Below the pieces are notes generated by a model. The model did not search any database. It worked only from the letters and a program-made list of their open reading frames with translations, and was not told the origin of the DNA. 52,418 nucleotides of DNA from a bacterium (GTDB lineage Bacteria > UBP6 > JAFGXH01). Made by a program: the position numbers and the translations under genes. Shown here one piece after another: positions 10,591-19,545 of the stretch (position 1 is its first letter; every line of letters starts with the position of its first letter). The DNA lies in NCBI GenBank assembly GCA_016936735.1, contig JAFGXH010000178.1:1-52418 (forward strand). The letters run 5' to 3'.

Positions 10591-11547
10591 ATGAGAAGAA
10601 AAATAGCTCTTATTGGTGGTGGTCAGATTGGTGGTGTTTTAGCTCAATTAATAGCAGCAAAAGAGTTAGCTGATGTTGTTATGGTTGATATTGTTGAGGG
10701 ATTACCTCAAGGAAAGATGTTAGATATTGCAGAGGCTGCTCATATTGGAAGATATGACTCTTCTGTTAATGGTAGTAATAGTTATGAGGCTTTAGAAAAT
10801 TCTGATATTTGTATAGTAACTGCAGGGGTTCCAAGAAAACCTGGTATGAGTAGAGATGATTTGCTCTCTATTAATTCTAAAATTATCTCCTCTGTTGCTG
10901 AAAATATAAAAAAATATGCACCAAATAGTATTGTTATTGTTATATCTAATCCTCTTGATGCAATGGTTACATTAATGCAAAAAGTGACTCAATTTCCTCA
11001 CAATCGAGTGATTGGACAAGCGGGTGTTTTAGATTCATCTAGATTCGCAACATTTTTAGCTTGGGAACTGAATGTGTCAGCAAAAGATGTTCATGCAATG
11101 GTTCTAGGAGGACATGGAGATACAATGGTTCCAATTATTCGTTATGCAAATGTTAATGGTGTTCCAGCTCAAGAGCTTTTAGAGAGAAAACATGGTGAAA
11201 AAGCAAAAGATATTCTTGATGCAATTATTAAAAGAACAAGAGATGCAGGAGGAGAGGTTGTTGCTCTTTTAAAAACAGGTTCAGCCTTTTATTCTCCTGC
11301 TGCAGCTGCTGTTGAGATGGCAGAGGCTATTTTAAAAAATCAAAGAAGAGTTCTAGCAATCGCTGCTTTTTTAAATGGTGAGTTTGGTGTTTCTGGTTAT
11401 TATATGGGAGTTCCTGCTATTTTAGGTGAAAATGGTGCAGAAAGTGTGTTAGAGTTTCAACTAAATGAGGAAGAAAAACAGATGTTTGAAGTTTCTTTAA
11501 ACTCTGTGAAAAAAAATGTTGAAGATATGAAAAGATTAGGGTTTTAA
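10591..11547 (+). CDS. mdh: malate dehydrogenase (LDH-like type)
   Basis: [12 protein letters not shown] Rossmann motif, [30 protein letters not shown]. Confidence 0.9.
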   Translation: MRRKIALIGGGQIGGVLAQLIAAKELADVVMVDIVEGLPQGKMLDIAEAAHIGRYDSSVNGSNSYEALENSDICIVTAGVPRKPGMSRDDLLSINSKIISSVAENIKKYAPNSIVIVISNPLDAMVTLMQKVTQFPHNRVIGQAGVLDSSRFATFLAWELNVSAKDVHAMVLGGHGDTMVPIIRYANVNGVPAQELLERKHGEKAKDILDAIIKRTRDAGGEVVALLKTGSAFYSPAAAAVEMAEAILKNQRRVLAIAAFLNGEFGVSGYYMGVPAILGENGAESVLEFQLNEEEKQMFEVSLNSVKKNVEDMKRLGF

Positions 11548-11615
11548 ATAGCAAAATGATAAAAAATATTGTAGTATATTTTTGAAACCCTTTAGCCAAA
11601 ATTAGTGGGGAGAGA

Positions 11616-12776
11616 ATGAAAATACATGAGTATCAGGCAAAAGAGATTTTAAAGAGCTATGGAGTATCAGTTCCTAAAGGAATTGTTGGAGATAGTATTG
11701 AGGATTTGTTAGAAAAATCTGAAATATTAGATAATCCAATAAAAGTTGTAAAAGCTCAAATTCATGCAGGTGGACGTGGAAAGGGTGGTGGAGTAAAAAT
11801 CGCAAAAAATAGAGAGGAGTTAAAAAAATATTGTGAAGATATTTTAGGAATGCAATTAATAACACATCAAACAGGTCCAGAAGGGAAAAAAGTTAACTCT
11901 GTTTTAATAGAAGAGGGATGTAATATAGAGAAAGAGTTTTATGTTGGAATGGTTTTAGATAGAGCTATTGGTAGATTAGTAATGATGGCCTCAACAGAGG
12001 GTGGAATGGAGATTGAAAAAGTTGCAGAGGAGTCTCCAGAGCTTATTTTTAAAGAGAGTATAGACCCTATTACAGGTCTTTTACCATTCCAAGCTAGAGA
12101 GTTAGCATTTAAATTAGGTTTAAAAGGAAAATCAGTATCTAAAGCGGTTAATTTTATGCTTGCCTTATCAAAAGCTTTTGTTGAAATAGATGCCTCTTTA
12201 GCTGAAATTAATCCTCTTGTTTTGACAAAAGAGGGTGACTTAATTGCTTTAGATGCAAAAATCGGTTTTGATGACAATGCTCTATATCGCCACCCAAAAA
12301 TTCTTGAGTATAGAGATTTAACAGAGGAGGATTCAAAAGAGATTGAGGCTAAAAAATATGATTTATCATATATCGCTCTTGATGGAAACATAGGGTGTAT
12401 GGTAAATGGAGCAGGTTTAGCTATGGCTACAATGGATATTATTAAACAGATTGGTGGTGAACCTGCAAATTTTCTTGATGTTGGGGGTGGTGCAACAAAA
12501 GAGAAAGTTACTGCTGCTTTTAAAATAATACTTTCAGATCCAAAAGTTAAGGGGATTTTTGTAAATATTTTTGGTGGAATAATGAAATGTGATGTTATTG
12601 CAGAGGGGGTTATTGCTGCAGCATCAGATTTAGGGATCAATGTGCCTTTAGTTGTAAGATTAGAGGGAACAAATGTTGAGAAAGGAAAAGAGTTACTCAA
12701 CAATTCTGGTCTATCAATAATATCAGCAGATGATATGAAGGATGGGGCTTTTAAAATTGTCTCAGCCATAAAATAG
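11616..12776 (+). CDS. sucC: succinyl-CoA synthetase beta subunit
   Basis: [12 protein letters not shown]..., [43 protein letters not shown]. Confidence 0.95.
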   Translation: MKIHEYQAKEILKSYGVSVPKGIVGDSIEDLLEKSEILDNPIKVVKAQIHAGGRGKGGGVKIAKNREELKKYCEDILGMQLITHQTGPEGKKVNSVLIEEGCNIEKEFYVGMVLDRAIGRLVMMASTEGGMEIEKVAEESPELIFKESIDPITGLLPFQARELAFKLGLKGKSVSKAVNFMLALSKAFVEIDASLAEINPLVLTKEGDLIALDAKIGFDDNALYRHPKILEYRDLTEEDSKEIEAKKYDLSYIALDGNIGCMVNGAGLAMATMDIIKQIGGEPANFLDVGGGATKEKVTAAFKIILSDPKVKGIFVNIFGGIMKCDVIAEGVIAAASDLGINVPLVVRLEGTNVEKGKELLNNSGLSIISADDMKDGAFKIVSAIK

Positions 12777-12901
12777 TTTACAAAGATAGGCTATTTTTAT
12801 CTTTATTTTACATAGATTTTTTCATGTTTATTTAAAATATAAAAAAATTTATAGTTTAAATAGATATTAATAGTTTAAAACCCAATTTTTGAGAGGTATA
12901 T

Positions 12902-13780
12902 ATGAGTATATTGATTAATAAAGATACAAAAGTGATAACCCAAGGTATAACTGGTGAAGCAGGAAAGTTTCACACAGAACAGGCAAAGCTTTATGGTACA
13001 AATATTGTTGCAGGAGTAACACCAGGAAAGGGTGGAGATAAATTTTTAGATATTCCAATATTTAATACAGTAAAAGAGGCAAAAAAAGTTACGGATGGAA
13101 ATGTTTCTGTTATTTATGTTCCACCAGCATTTGCTGCTGATGCCATTATGGAGGCAGTTGATGCTGAGATGGATTTAGTTGTTTGTATAACAGAGGGGAT
13201 TCCTGTAAATGATATGATTAAAGTAAAACGATACATGGAGGGAAAAAATACCCTATTAATCGGACCAAATTGCCCTGGAGTAATAACTCCAGATGAGGCA
13301 AAAATAGGTATTATGCCAGCCTATATTCATAAAAAGGGGAATGTTGGAATTGTTTCTCGTTCAGGAACTCTTACTTATGAGGCTGTTCATCAAACTACAT
13401 CATTAGGATTAGGTCAATCAACTGTTGTTGGTATTGGAGGAGATCCAGTTAAAGGATTAGATTTTATAGATGTATTAAAAATGTTTCAAAATGATACAGA
13501 AACAGAGGCTGTTATAATGATTGGTGAGATAGGGGGAAATGCAGAGGAAGAGGCTGCTGAGTGGATTGCTAATAATATGACAAAACCTGTTGTCTCTTTT
13601 ATTGCAGGACAAAGTGCTCCAAAAGGGAAAAGAATGGGACATGCAGGAGCAATAATCTCTGGAGGAACAGGTGGTGCAGCTGAGAAAATAGCAAAATTAA
13701 AGGAGTGTGGTGTTTATGTGGCCGATTTGCCATCTGAAATAGGAAAAACTTTGGCAAATGTTTTACAAAACAGAAAATAA
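12902..13780 (+). CDS. sucD: succinyl-CoA synthetase alpha subunit
   Basis: [33 protein letters not shown], and the catalytic His in [11 protein letters not shown]. Confidence 0.95.
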   Translation: MSILINKDTKVITQGITGEAGKFHTEQAKLYGTNIVAGVTPGKGGDKFLDIPIFNTVKEAKKVTDGNVSVIYVPPAFAADAIMEAVDAEMDLVVCITEGIPVNDMIKVKRYMEGKNTLLIGPNCPGVITPDEAKIGIMPAYIHKKGNVGIVSRSGTLTYEAVHQTTSLGLGQSTVVGIGGDPVKGLDFIDVLKMFQNDTETEAVIMIGEIGGNAEEEAAEWIANNMTKPVVSFIAGQSAPKGKRMGHAGAIISGGTGGAAEKIAKLKECGVYVADLPSEIGKTLANVLQNRK

Positions 13781-13795
13781 AAATAGGGAGGCGTT

Positions 13796-15562
13796 GTGAA
13801 AACAACAAATGATTTTATTTTAACAATAATTGGTAGTGGTGGAGATGGTGTTATCTCTGCAGGAGAGATTCTACTATCTGCGGCAGCCTCAGAGGGGCTT
13901 TTTGGGTTTTTGCTTAAATCGTTTGGACCTCAAATTCGTGGAGGAGAATCCTCTATTAAATTGAGAATTAGTAATGAAGAGATTTTTACACAGGGTGATT
14001 TCGTACAGGTTCTTCTAGTTTTTAACTGGGGAGATTTTCCAAGATTTAAAACAGAATATGACTTAAGTGATGGAGCTATAATCATATCTGATTCTGATGA
14101 TAAATTATCCCCACTATCTCAAAATCTTCCTTGGGATGAGAAAAAACTTGTAAATATTCAAATTCCTATCACACGCCTCACAAAAGAGTTAACAGGTTCA
14201 ACTTTTAATAAAAATATTTTTAGTCTTGGACTATTATCTGCAATGTTTAATTTGCCTTCAGAGGGATTACATAAGGCTATTAAACGGAAATTCAAAAAGA
14301 AAAGTGAAGATGTTTTAAAATCAAACATTGATGCTCTTGAGGCTGGAATAAAATGGATATCTGAAAACAATCTTAACCAAAACGATTTTAGATTTGAGTA
14401 TGATTCTGTTGAGGAACCTAAAATTATTATGAATGGAAATGATTCAATATCACTTGGAGCTATGTATCAAGGTTTAGAGTTTTATGCATCATATCCAATT
14501 ACACCTGCATCAGAGATTCTTCAATTTTTAGGAACACATTTACCAAAAATTGGAGGTTCAGTTATTCAAGCAGAGGATGAATTAGCAGCAATTAATATGG
14601 CTATTGGTGCCTCTTTTGCTGGTAAAAAATCTATGACAGGAACATCTGGTCCTGGAATCTCCTTAAAGGCTGAAGCAATTGGATTGGCATCTATGGCAGA
14701 GATACCTCTTGTTATTGTAAATGTTCAAAGAGGAGGACCATCAACAGGACTACCAACAAAATTTGAACAATCAGATCTTTTACAAGCAATGTATGTAACT
14801 CATGGAGATGCTCCTAAGGCAGTTATTGCAGCAACAAGTGTTGAAGATAGTTATGTTTGTGCAAATATTGCATTTCAAATTGCAGAGAAATATCAATTAC
14901 CTGTTATTCTTTTATCAGATCAATTTATTTCTGCTAGAGAGGTATCATTAAGACCATTCAAGCTTAATAAATTTGAGGTTATATCTCGTTTAAAACCAGA
15001 GGATAATGAGTCTGATTACAAACGATATAAAATAACAGAAAATGGTGTCTCTCCAATGGCAATTCCTGGTCAAAAAGGTGTTATTTATCAAACAAATGGG
15101 TTAGAGCATACATCAACAGGAATGCCAAGTTCAGATCTTGATATACATAAAAAAATGAGTGAAAAAAGAGATTTAAAACTACAACATATAGCAAAAGAGT
15201 TTGATTTTGTAGTTCAAAAAGATTGTGATGGTGCTAAAATTGGTGTTATTACATGGGGTTCTTCAAAAGGAGCTGTTTTAGAGGCAGTTGCAAAATTGAA
15301 AAAAGAGGGGAAAAAAGTCTCCTTTATGGCACCTCAACTAATCTCTCCACTACCAATTCATAAAATTCAGCCATTTATGGATAAATTAGATAGACTTATT
15401 ATTCTTGAGATGTCATTTGGAAAACAGTTTTATACTCATCTTAAATCTCAATTAAAACTACCTGAAGATGTGGTTGTTTATAATCGTGCAGGAGGAAAAC
15501 CATTCTCTGTTACAGAGGTTTATAACACAATTTCTAAAAACTATGTTGGGGAGGCTGAGTAA
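13796..15562 (+). CDS. korA: 2-oxoglutarate:ferredoxin (acceptor) oxidoreductase alpha subunit, gamma-alpha fusion
   Basis: N-terminal gamma-type domain (GSGGDGVISAGE...IRGGES) is fused to the alpha domain (YASYPITPASEI, GPSTGLPTK). GTG start follows a GGGAGG RBS. Substrate is inferred from adjacency to sucCD. Confidence 0.8.
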   Translation: MKTTNDFILTIIGSGGDGVISAGEILLSAAASEGLFGFLLKSFGPQIRGGESSIKLRISNEEIFTQGDFVQVLLVFNWGDFPRFKTEYDLSDGAIIISDSDDKLSPLSQNLPWDEKKLVNIQIPITRLTKELTGSTFNKNIFSLGLLSAMFNLPSEGLHKAIKRKFKKKSEDVLKSNIDALEAGIKWISENNLNQNDFRFEYDSVEEPKIIMNGNDSISLGAMYQGLEFYASYPITPASEILQFLGTHLPKIGGSVIQAEDELAAINMAIGASFAGKKSMTGTSGPGISLKAEAIGLASMAEIPLVIVNVQRGGPSTGLPTKFEQSDLLQAMYVTHGDAPKAVIAATSVEDSYVCANIAFQIAEKYQLPVILLSDQFISAREVSLRPFKLNKFEVISRLKPEDNESDYKRYKITENGVSPMAIPGQKGVIYQTNGLEHTSTGMPSSDLDIHKKMSEKRDLKLQHIAKEFDFVVQKDCDGAKIGVITWGSSKGAVLEAVAKLKKEGKKVSFMAPQLISPLPIHKIQPFMDKLDRLIILEMSFGKQFYTHLKSQLKLPEDVVVYNRAGGKPFSVTEVYNTISKNYVGEAE

Positions 15563-16431
15563 TGGAACAACCACAATTTATCTATAAATCAACTGATTAT
15601 AAAACTGATTTGAAACCTGTTTGGTGTCCTGGTTGTGGTGATTTTGGTGTTTTAGGTGCAACACATAAAGCTCTTGCAGAACTCCAAATTCCACCTGAAA
15701 ATATTATGTTTTTTAGTGGAATTGGGTGTTCAAGTAGATTTCCTGGATATACAAATACTTATGGATTTAACGCTATTCATGGTAGAGCCATCCCTTTAGC
15801 AACAGGTGCAAAAATAGCAAGACCTGAGTTAACAGTTGTTGCTGTTGGTGGTGATGGAGATGGATACTCAATTGGTGGTGGACATCTTCCCCATGTTGCA
15901 AGAAAAAATATTGATTTAACATATTTAGTTATGAACAATAATATTTATGGATTAACAAAAGGACAGGCATCTCCAACAACTCCAACAGGAAGTATAACAA
16001 AAACTACCCCTTATGGAAATATGGATTCTCCTGTTAATCCAATACATTATGCTCTAGCCTATAATGCATCATTTATTGCACGAGGTTACTCTGCAAATAT
16101 GAAACATCTTGTTGAGTTAATTGTTGCTGCAATAAAACATCCAGGATTTGCTATTGTTGATATAATATCTCCATGTGTTACATTTAGGGGAGATGAGCAG
16201 TATAAAACTTTGAAAGATCTTGTTTTTGAGATTCCAGAGTCTCATGATAAAACAGATAAAGTTGCAGCATTTCATCTTGCACTTGAAAGAGATGATAATA
16301 AAATTCCTGTTGGAATCTATTATCAAAATCCACGTCCAACATATCATGAAAACTATGATATTATCAGAGAAAAAGCTAAAAAATCTGGCAAGAATGAGCT
16401 TACAGATATTTATAGTTTATTTCAGGCATAG
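15562..16431 (+). CDS. korB: 2-oxoglutarate:ferredoxin (acceptor) oxidoreductase beta subunit
   Basis: WCPGCGDFG and GGDGDGYSIGGGH TPP-binding motifs. The ATG overlaps the korA stop (TAATG). Confidence 0.8.
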   Translation: MEQPQFIYKSTDYKTDLKPVWCPGCGDFGVLGATHKALAELQIPPENIMFFSGIGCSSRFPGYTNTYGFNAIHGRAIPLATGAKIARPELTVVAVGGDGDGYSIGGGHLPHVARKNIDLTYLVMNNNIYGLTKGQASPTTPTGSITKTTPYGNMDSPVNPIHYALAYNASFIARGYSANMKHLVELIVAAIKHPGFAIVDIISPCVTFRGDEQYKTLKDLVFEIPESHDKTDKVAAFHLALERDDNKIPVGIYYQNPRPTYHENYDIIREKAKKSGKNELTDIYSLFQA

Positions 16432-16682
16432 AATAGTTATAAATCTATTAATAGCAATTTAAATATCTATTTATACAATATAAAACAGACTATTTATCTA
16501 TATTTTTAATCAACACTGTATTTTAATGTAGTGAAAGTTTATATTAATTTATAGTTTATTAATTATATAAGATTGATATAAATATATAATTTAAAGGTTA
16601 TTTTTATATCCTTAAAATTCAGTTAACTCTTGAAAAATTAGCAACTTTTTGATATGCTTGTTTTTTAAATGGGGAGGCAAAT

Positions 16683-17594
16683 ATGTCTGATGTTCTTGCT
16701 GTTGGTTCAATTGCATATGATACGGTTGAGACTTGGGCAGGTAAACGTTCTGAAGTTCTTGGTGGATCAGCTACATACTTCTCTGTTGCTGCATCTCTTT
16801 TCTCTAAAATCTCTGTTTTAGCAGTTGTTGGTGATGATTTTGCAACCTCTGATATTGATATGTTGCAAAATAAGGGAGTTGATACATCATCTATTATAAA
16901 GAAAGAGGGAAAAACTTTTCATTGGAGTGGAGTTTATCCTAAAAATGGTGATGCTCAAACATTACAAACCGATTTAAATGTTTTTGAAACATTTAATCCA
17001 ATAATTCCAGAAGAGAAAAGAGATATACCTATACTATTTTTAGGAAATATAGATCCTGATCTTCAATACTCTGTTATTCAGCAAATGAATAGACCAAAGT
17101 GTATTATCTGTGATACAATGAATTTTTGGATAGATAAAAAAAGAGAGTCATTAATTAAGACAGTCTCTCTTGTTGATGTTTTAGTAATTAATTTAACAGA
17201 GATAAAACTACTATCTGGTAAAAAAGATTTAATAGAGGCTGTAAATAAAATTCATCAGTTAGGTCCCAAAGTTATTATTGTTAAAAATGGTGCAAGAGGT
17301 GCAAATCTATTTTATGATAACAAACATTTTGTAATGCCTGCTTGTCCTGTTGATAAAGTTATAGACCCAACTGGAGCTGGGGATAGTTTTGCTGGTGGAT
17401 TTGTTGGTTTTCTTGCAAAAAGTTTACGAGATAAAGATGGTATTGATTTCAAAATGTTAAAAAGAGCCTCTGTGTATGGTAATATAGTTGCGTCCTATAC
17501 AATAGAGGATTTTGGTCTTGACAAATTAAAAAATGTAGACCATAATATGCTCGAGTCCCGTTTTTCTAACTTTCAGGATTTCGTAAGTTTTTAA
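16683..17594 (+). CDS. PfkB-family carbohydrate/nucleoside kinase
   Basis: N-terminal GSIAYD...LGGSATY and C-terminal DPTGAGDSFAGGF signature of the ribokinase/PfkB family. Substrate unknown. Confidence 0.75.
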   Translation: MSDVLAVGSIAYDTVETWAGKRSEVLGGSATYFSVAASLFSKISVLAVVGDDFATSDIDMLQNKGVDTSSIIKKEGKTFHWSGVYPKNGDAQTLQTDLNVFETFNPIIPEEKRDIPILFLGNIDPDLQYSVIQQMNRPKCIICDTMNFWIDKKRESLIKTVSLVDVLVINLTEIKLLSGKKDLIEAVNKIHQLGPKVIIVKNGARGANLFYDNKHFVMPACPVDKVIDPTGAGDSFAGGFVGFLAKSLRDKDGIDFKMLKRASVYGNIVASYTIEDFGLDKLKNVDHNMLESRFSNFQDFVSF

Positions 17595-17626
17595 TTGCCA
17601 AATTAATTCTTAGAGGAGATATCGAT

Positions 17627-18100
17627 ATGATGAGATACCCAATGACAAAGGAAGGATATAATAAACTTTTAGAAGAGAGAAATGATTTAAAAAACGTGAA
17701 ACTTCCTCATATTTTAAAAGAGGTTCAAATTGCAAGAGAGCAAGGAGATCTATCTGAAAATGCAGAATATAAATTTGGTAAAGAGGCACAACGTAATATT
17801 GAAAGAAAAATAGCAGAGATAGATACAAAACTCTCTAATGCAGAGATTATAGACCTTTCAGATTATCAAGGCAATCAGGTTATTTTTGGTGCAACTATAA
17901 CTCTTATTGATGTTGATACAGAGGAGGAGGTTGTTTATAAAATTGTTGGAGAGGATGAAGCAGATATTCAAGAGGGGAAAATCTCATATACAGCACCATT
18001 AGCACAAAAAGCAATTGGCAAAGAGATTGGAGAGGAGATTGAGATAAAGTCTGCAAAAGGAACAAGAGTTCTTGAGATTACAGATATTTCCTACACTTAA
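17627..18100 (+). CDS. greA: transcription elongation factor GreA
   Basis: PMTKEGYNKLLEE...AREQGDLSENAEY and C-terminal ISYTAPLAQKAIGK are typical GreA. GAGGAG RBS is 8 nt upstream. Confidence 0.9.
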   Translation: MMRYPMTKEGYNKLLEERNDLKNVKLPHILKEVQIAREQGDLSENAEYKFGKEAQRNIERKIAEIDTKLSNAEIIDLSDYQGNQVIFGATITLIDVDTEEEVVYKIVGEDEADIQEGKISYTAPLAQKAIGKEIGEEIEIKSAKGTRVLEITDISYT

Positions 18101-18256
18101 TAATCAAAAAATATTCATTTATAAATCTAATTTCATACAATTTATTTTTTATCAAAAAATAGAGAGATATTAAAGTCAGTAGATTAGTATTTTTATAAGT
18201 TTATATCATATTTAATATAAAATTTTTAGATTTTTTCATTCACATCCAATTATATC

Positions 18257-18307
18257 TTGACAATTTTAAGTTAAGTTGTTACTTTTTATGAATGATTACT
18301 CATTCAT
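18257..18307 (+). promoter_or_regulatory. fadA promoter region with 20-bp palindromic operator
   Basis: TTGACA at 18257-18262 with a weak -10 (TACTTT, 18280-18285). Perfect inverted repeat ATGAATGA-TTAC-TCATTCAT at 18288-18307, just upstream of the GGAGG RBS. Confidence 0.55.
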
Positions 18308-18323
18308 TATTTCAGGAGGTTAT

Positions 18324-19481
18324 ATGTCAGAAGTTGTAATTGTAGCAGCAACAAGAAGTGCAATGGGAAAAGCAGTAAAGGGTGGATTATCAGCAACACG
18401 ACCAGATGAGTTAGGAGCAGTAGTTCTAAAATCTCTTTTAAATAAAGTTCCAACCCTTAATCCTCTTGATATTGAGGATATTATTACAGGTTGTGCAATG
18501 CCAGAGGGAGAGCAGGGTTTAAATGTTTCACGTTTAATCTCATTTTTAGCTGGTGTTCCAAATTCTGTATCTGCAATAACTGTTAATAGATTTTGTGGTT
18601 CATCTATGAGTGCTTTACATTATGGTGCTCAAGGTATTATGACTGGTTTTGGTGATGTTTTTGTGGCTCTTGGAATAGAATCAATGACAAAAGTACCAAT
18701 GGGTGGCTTTAATCCTCTTCCATCGAAGAAACTTTATGATATGATGCCAGAGGCATATATCTCAATGGGTAAAACTGCAGAAAATCTTGCTAATAAATAC
18801 TCAATTTCTCGAGAAGAACAGGATAATTTTGCTTTACAATCTCATCAAAAGGCTGCAAAAGCATCAAATAGTGGAAAATTTGAAGACGAAATAACACCAT
18901 ATCTTTTTACTGATGAGCTTGGAGTTGAGCAAAATTTCTATAAAGATGATAATATTAGAGAGAATACAACTTTAGAGTCTCTTGGAAAATTAAAACCAGC
19001 ATTTGATAAATCTGGTTCTGTTACTGCTGGAAACTCCTCTCCTCTTACTGATGGAGCTGCTGGATTAATTATAATGAGTAGTGAAAAAGCAAAAGAGTTA
19101 TCATTACAACCATTAGCGAGAGTTATATCAATGTCAACTGCTGGAGTTGCACCAGAAATTATGGGAATTGGACCAGTTCCTGCTGTTCAAAAAGCCTTAA
19201 AACGTGCAAAAATGGAGTTATCAAACATTGATTATATCGAGTTAAATGAGGCTTTTGCTGCACAATCTATTGCTGTTATAAAAGAGCTTAATTTACCAAT
19301 AGAAAAAATAAATATTAATGGTGGAGCAATAGCATTAGGGCATCCTCTTGGAGCCTCTGGAGCAAGAATTATAACAACTCTTCTAAATGTATTAAAGCAG
19401 AATAATGGAACAATTGGTCTTGCAACAATGTGTATTGGTGGAGGTCAAGGGGTTGCAACTATTATTGAGAGATTATCATAA
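18324..19481 (+). CDS. fadA: acetyl-CoA C-acyltransferase (thiolase)
   Basis: [17 protein letters not shown], the active-site Cys context [24 protein letters not shown], and CIGGGQG. The ATG at 18324 follows GGAGG; the track start at 18276 is an over-extension. Confidence 0.9.
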   Translation: MSEVVIVAATRSAMGKAVKGGLSATRPDELGAVVLKSLLNKVPTLNPLDIEDIITGCAMPEGEQGLNVSRLISFLAGVPNSVSAITVNRFCGSSMSALHYGAQGIMTGFGDVFVALGIESMTKVPMGGFNPLPSKKLYDMMPEAYISMGKTAENLANKYSISREEQDNFALQSHQKAAKASNSGKFEDEITPYLFTDELGVEQNFYKDDNIRENTTLESLGKLKPAFDKSGSVTAGNSSPLTDGAAGLIIMSSEKAKELSLQPLARVISMSTAGVAPEIMGIGPVPAVQKALKRAKMELSNIDYIELNEAFAAQSIAVIKELNLPIEKININGGAIALGHPLGASGARIITTLLNVLKQNNGTIGLATMCIGGGQGVATIIERLS

Positions 19482-19545
19482 TAGTAGTTGTTGATTTTAA
19501 AAAAATAGATAAAATTTTTCTGTTATTTCATTTAAAAGAGGTAAA

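Noticed and set aside
11939-12769. 276-aa antisense ORF inside sucC
   Set aside because: It is the mirror frame of a very well supported gene. The product is low-complexity and Ser/Pro/Ile-rich, with no RBS or motif. Long antisense ORFs are expected opposite genes with this codon bias.
12782-12804. AAAGATA-N9-TATCTTT hairpin in the unusually long (125-nt) sucC-sucD spacer as an internal attenuator
   Set aside because: The stem is 7 bp of A/U pairs apart from a single G-C and has a large loop. It is energetically weak and of a kind expected by chance in AT-rich DNA. sucD has its own RBS.
16220-16462. 80-aa plus-strand ORF overlapping the 3' end of korB
   Set aside because: It is an alternative frame of korB, with low-complexity Ile/Lys-rich product and no RBS.
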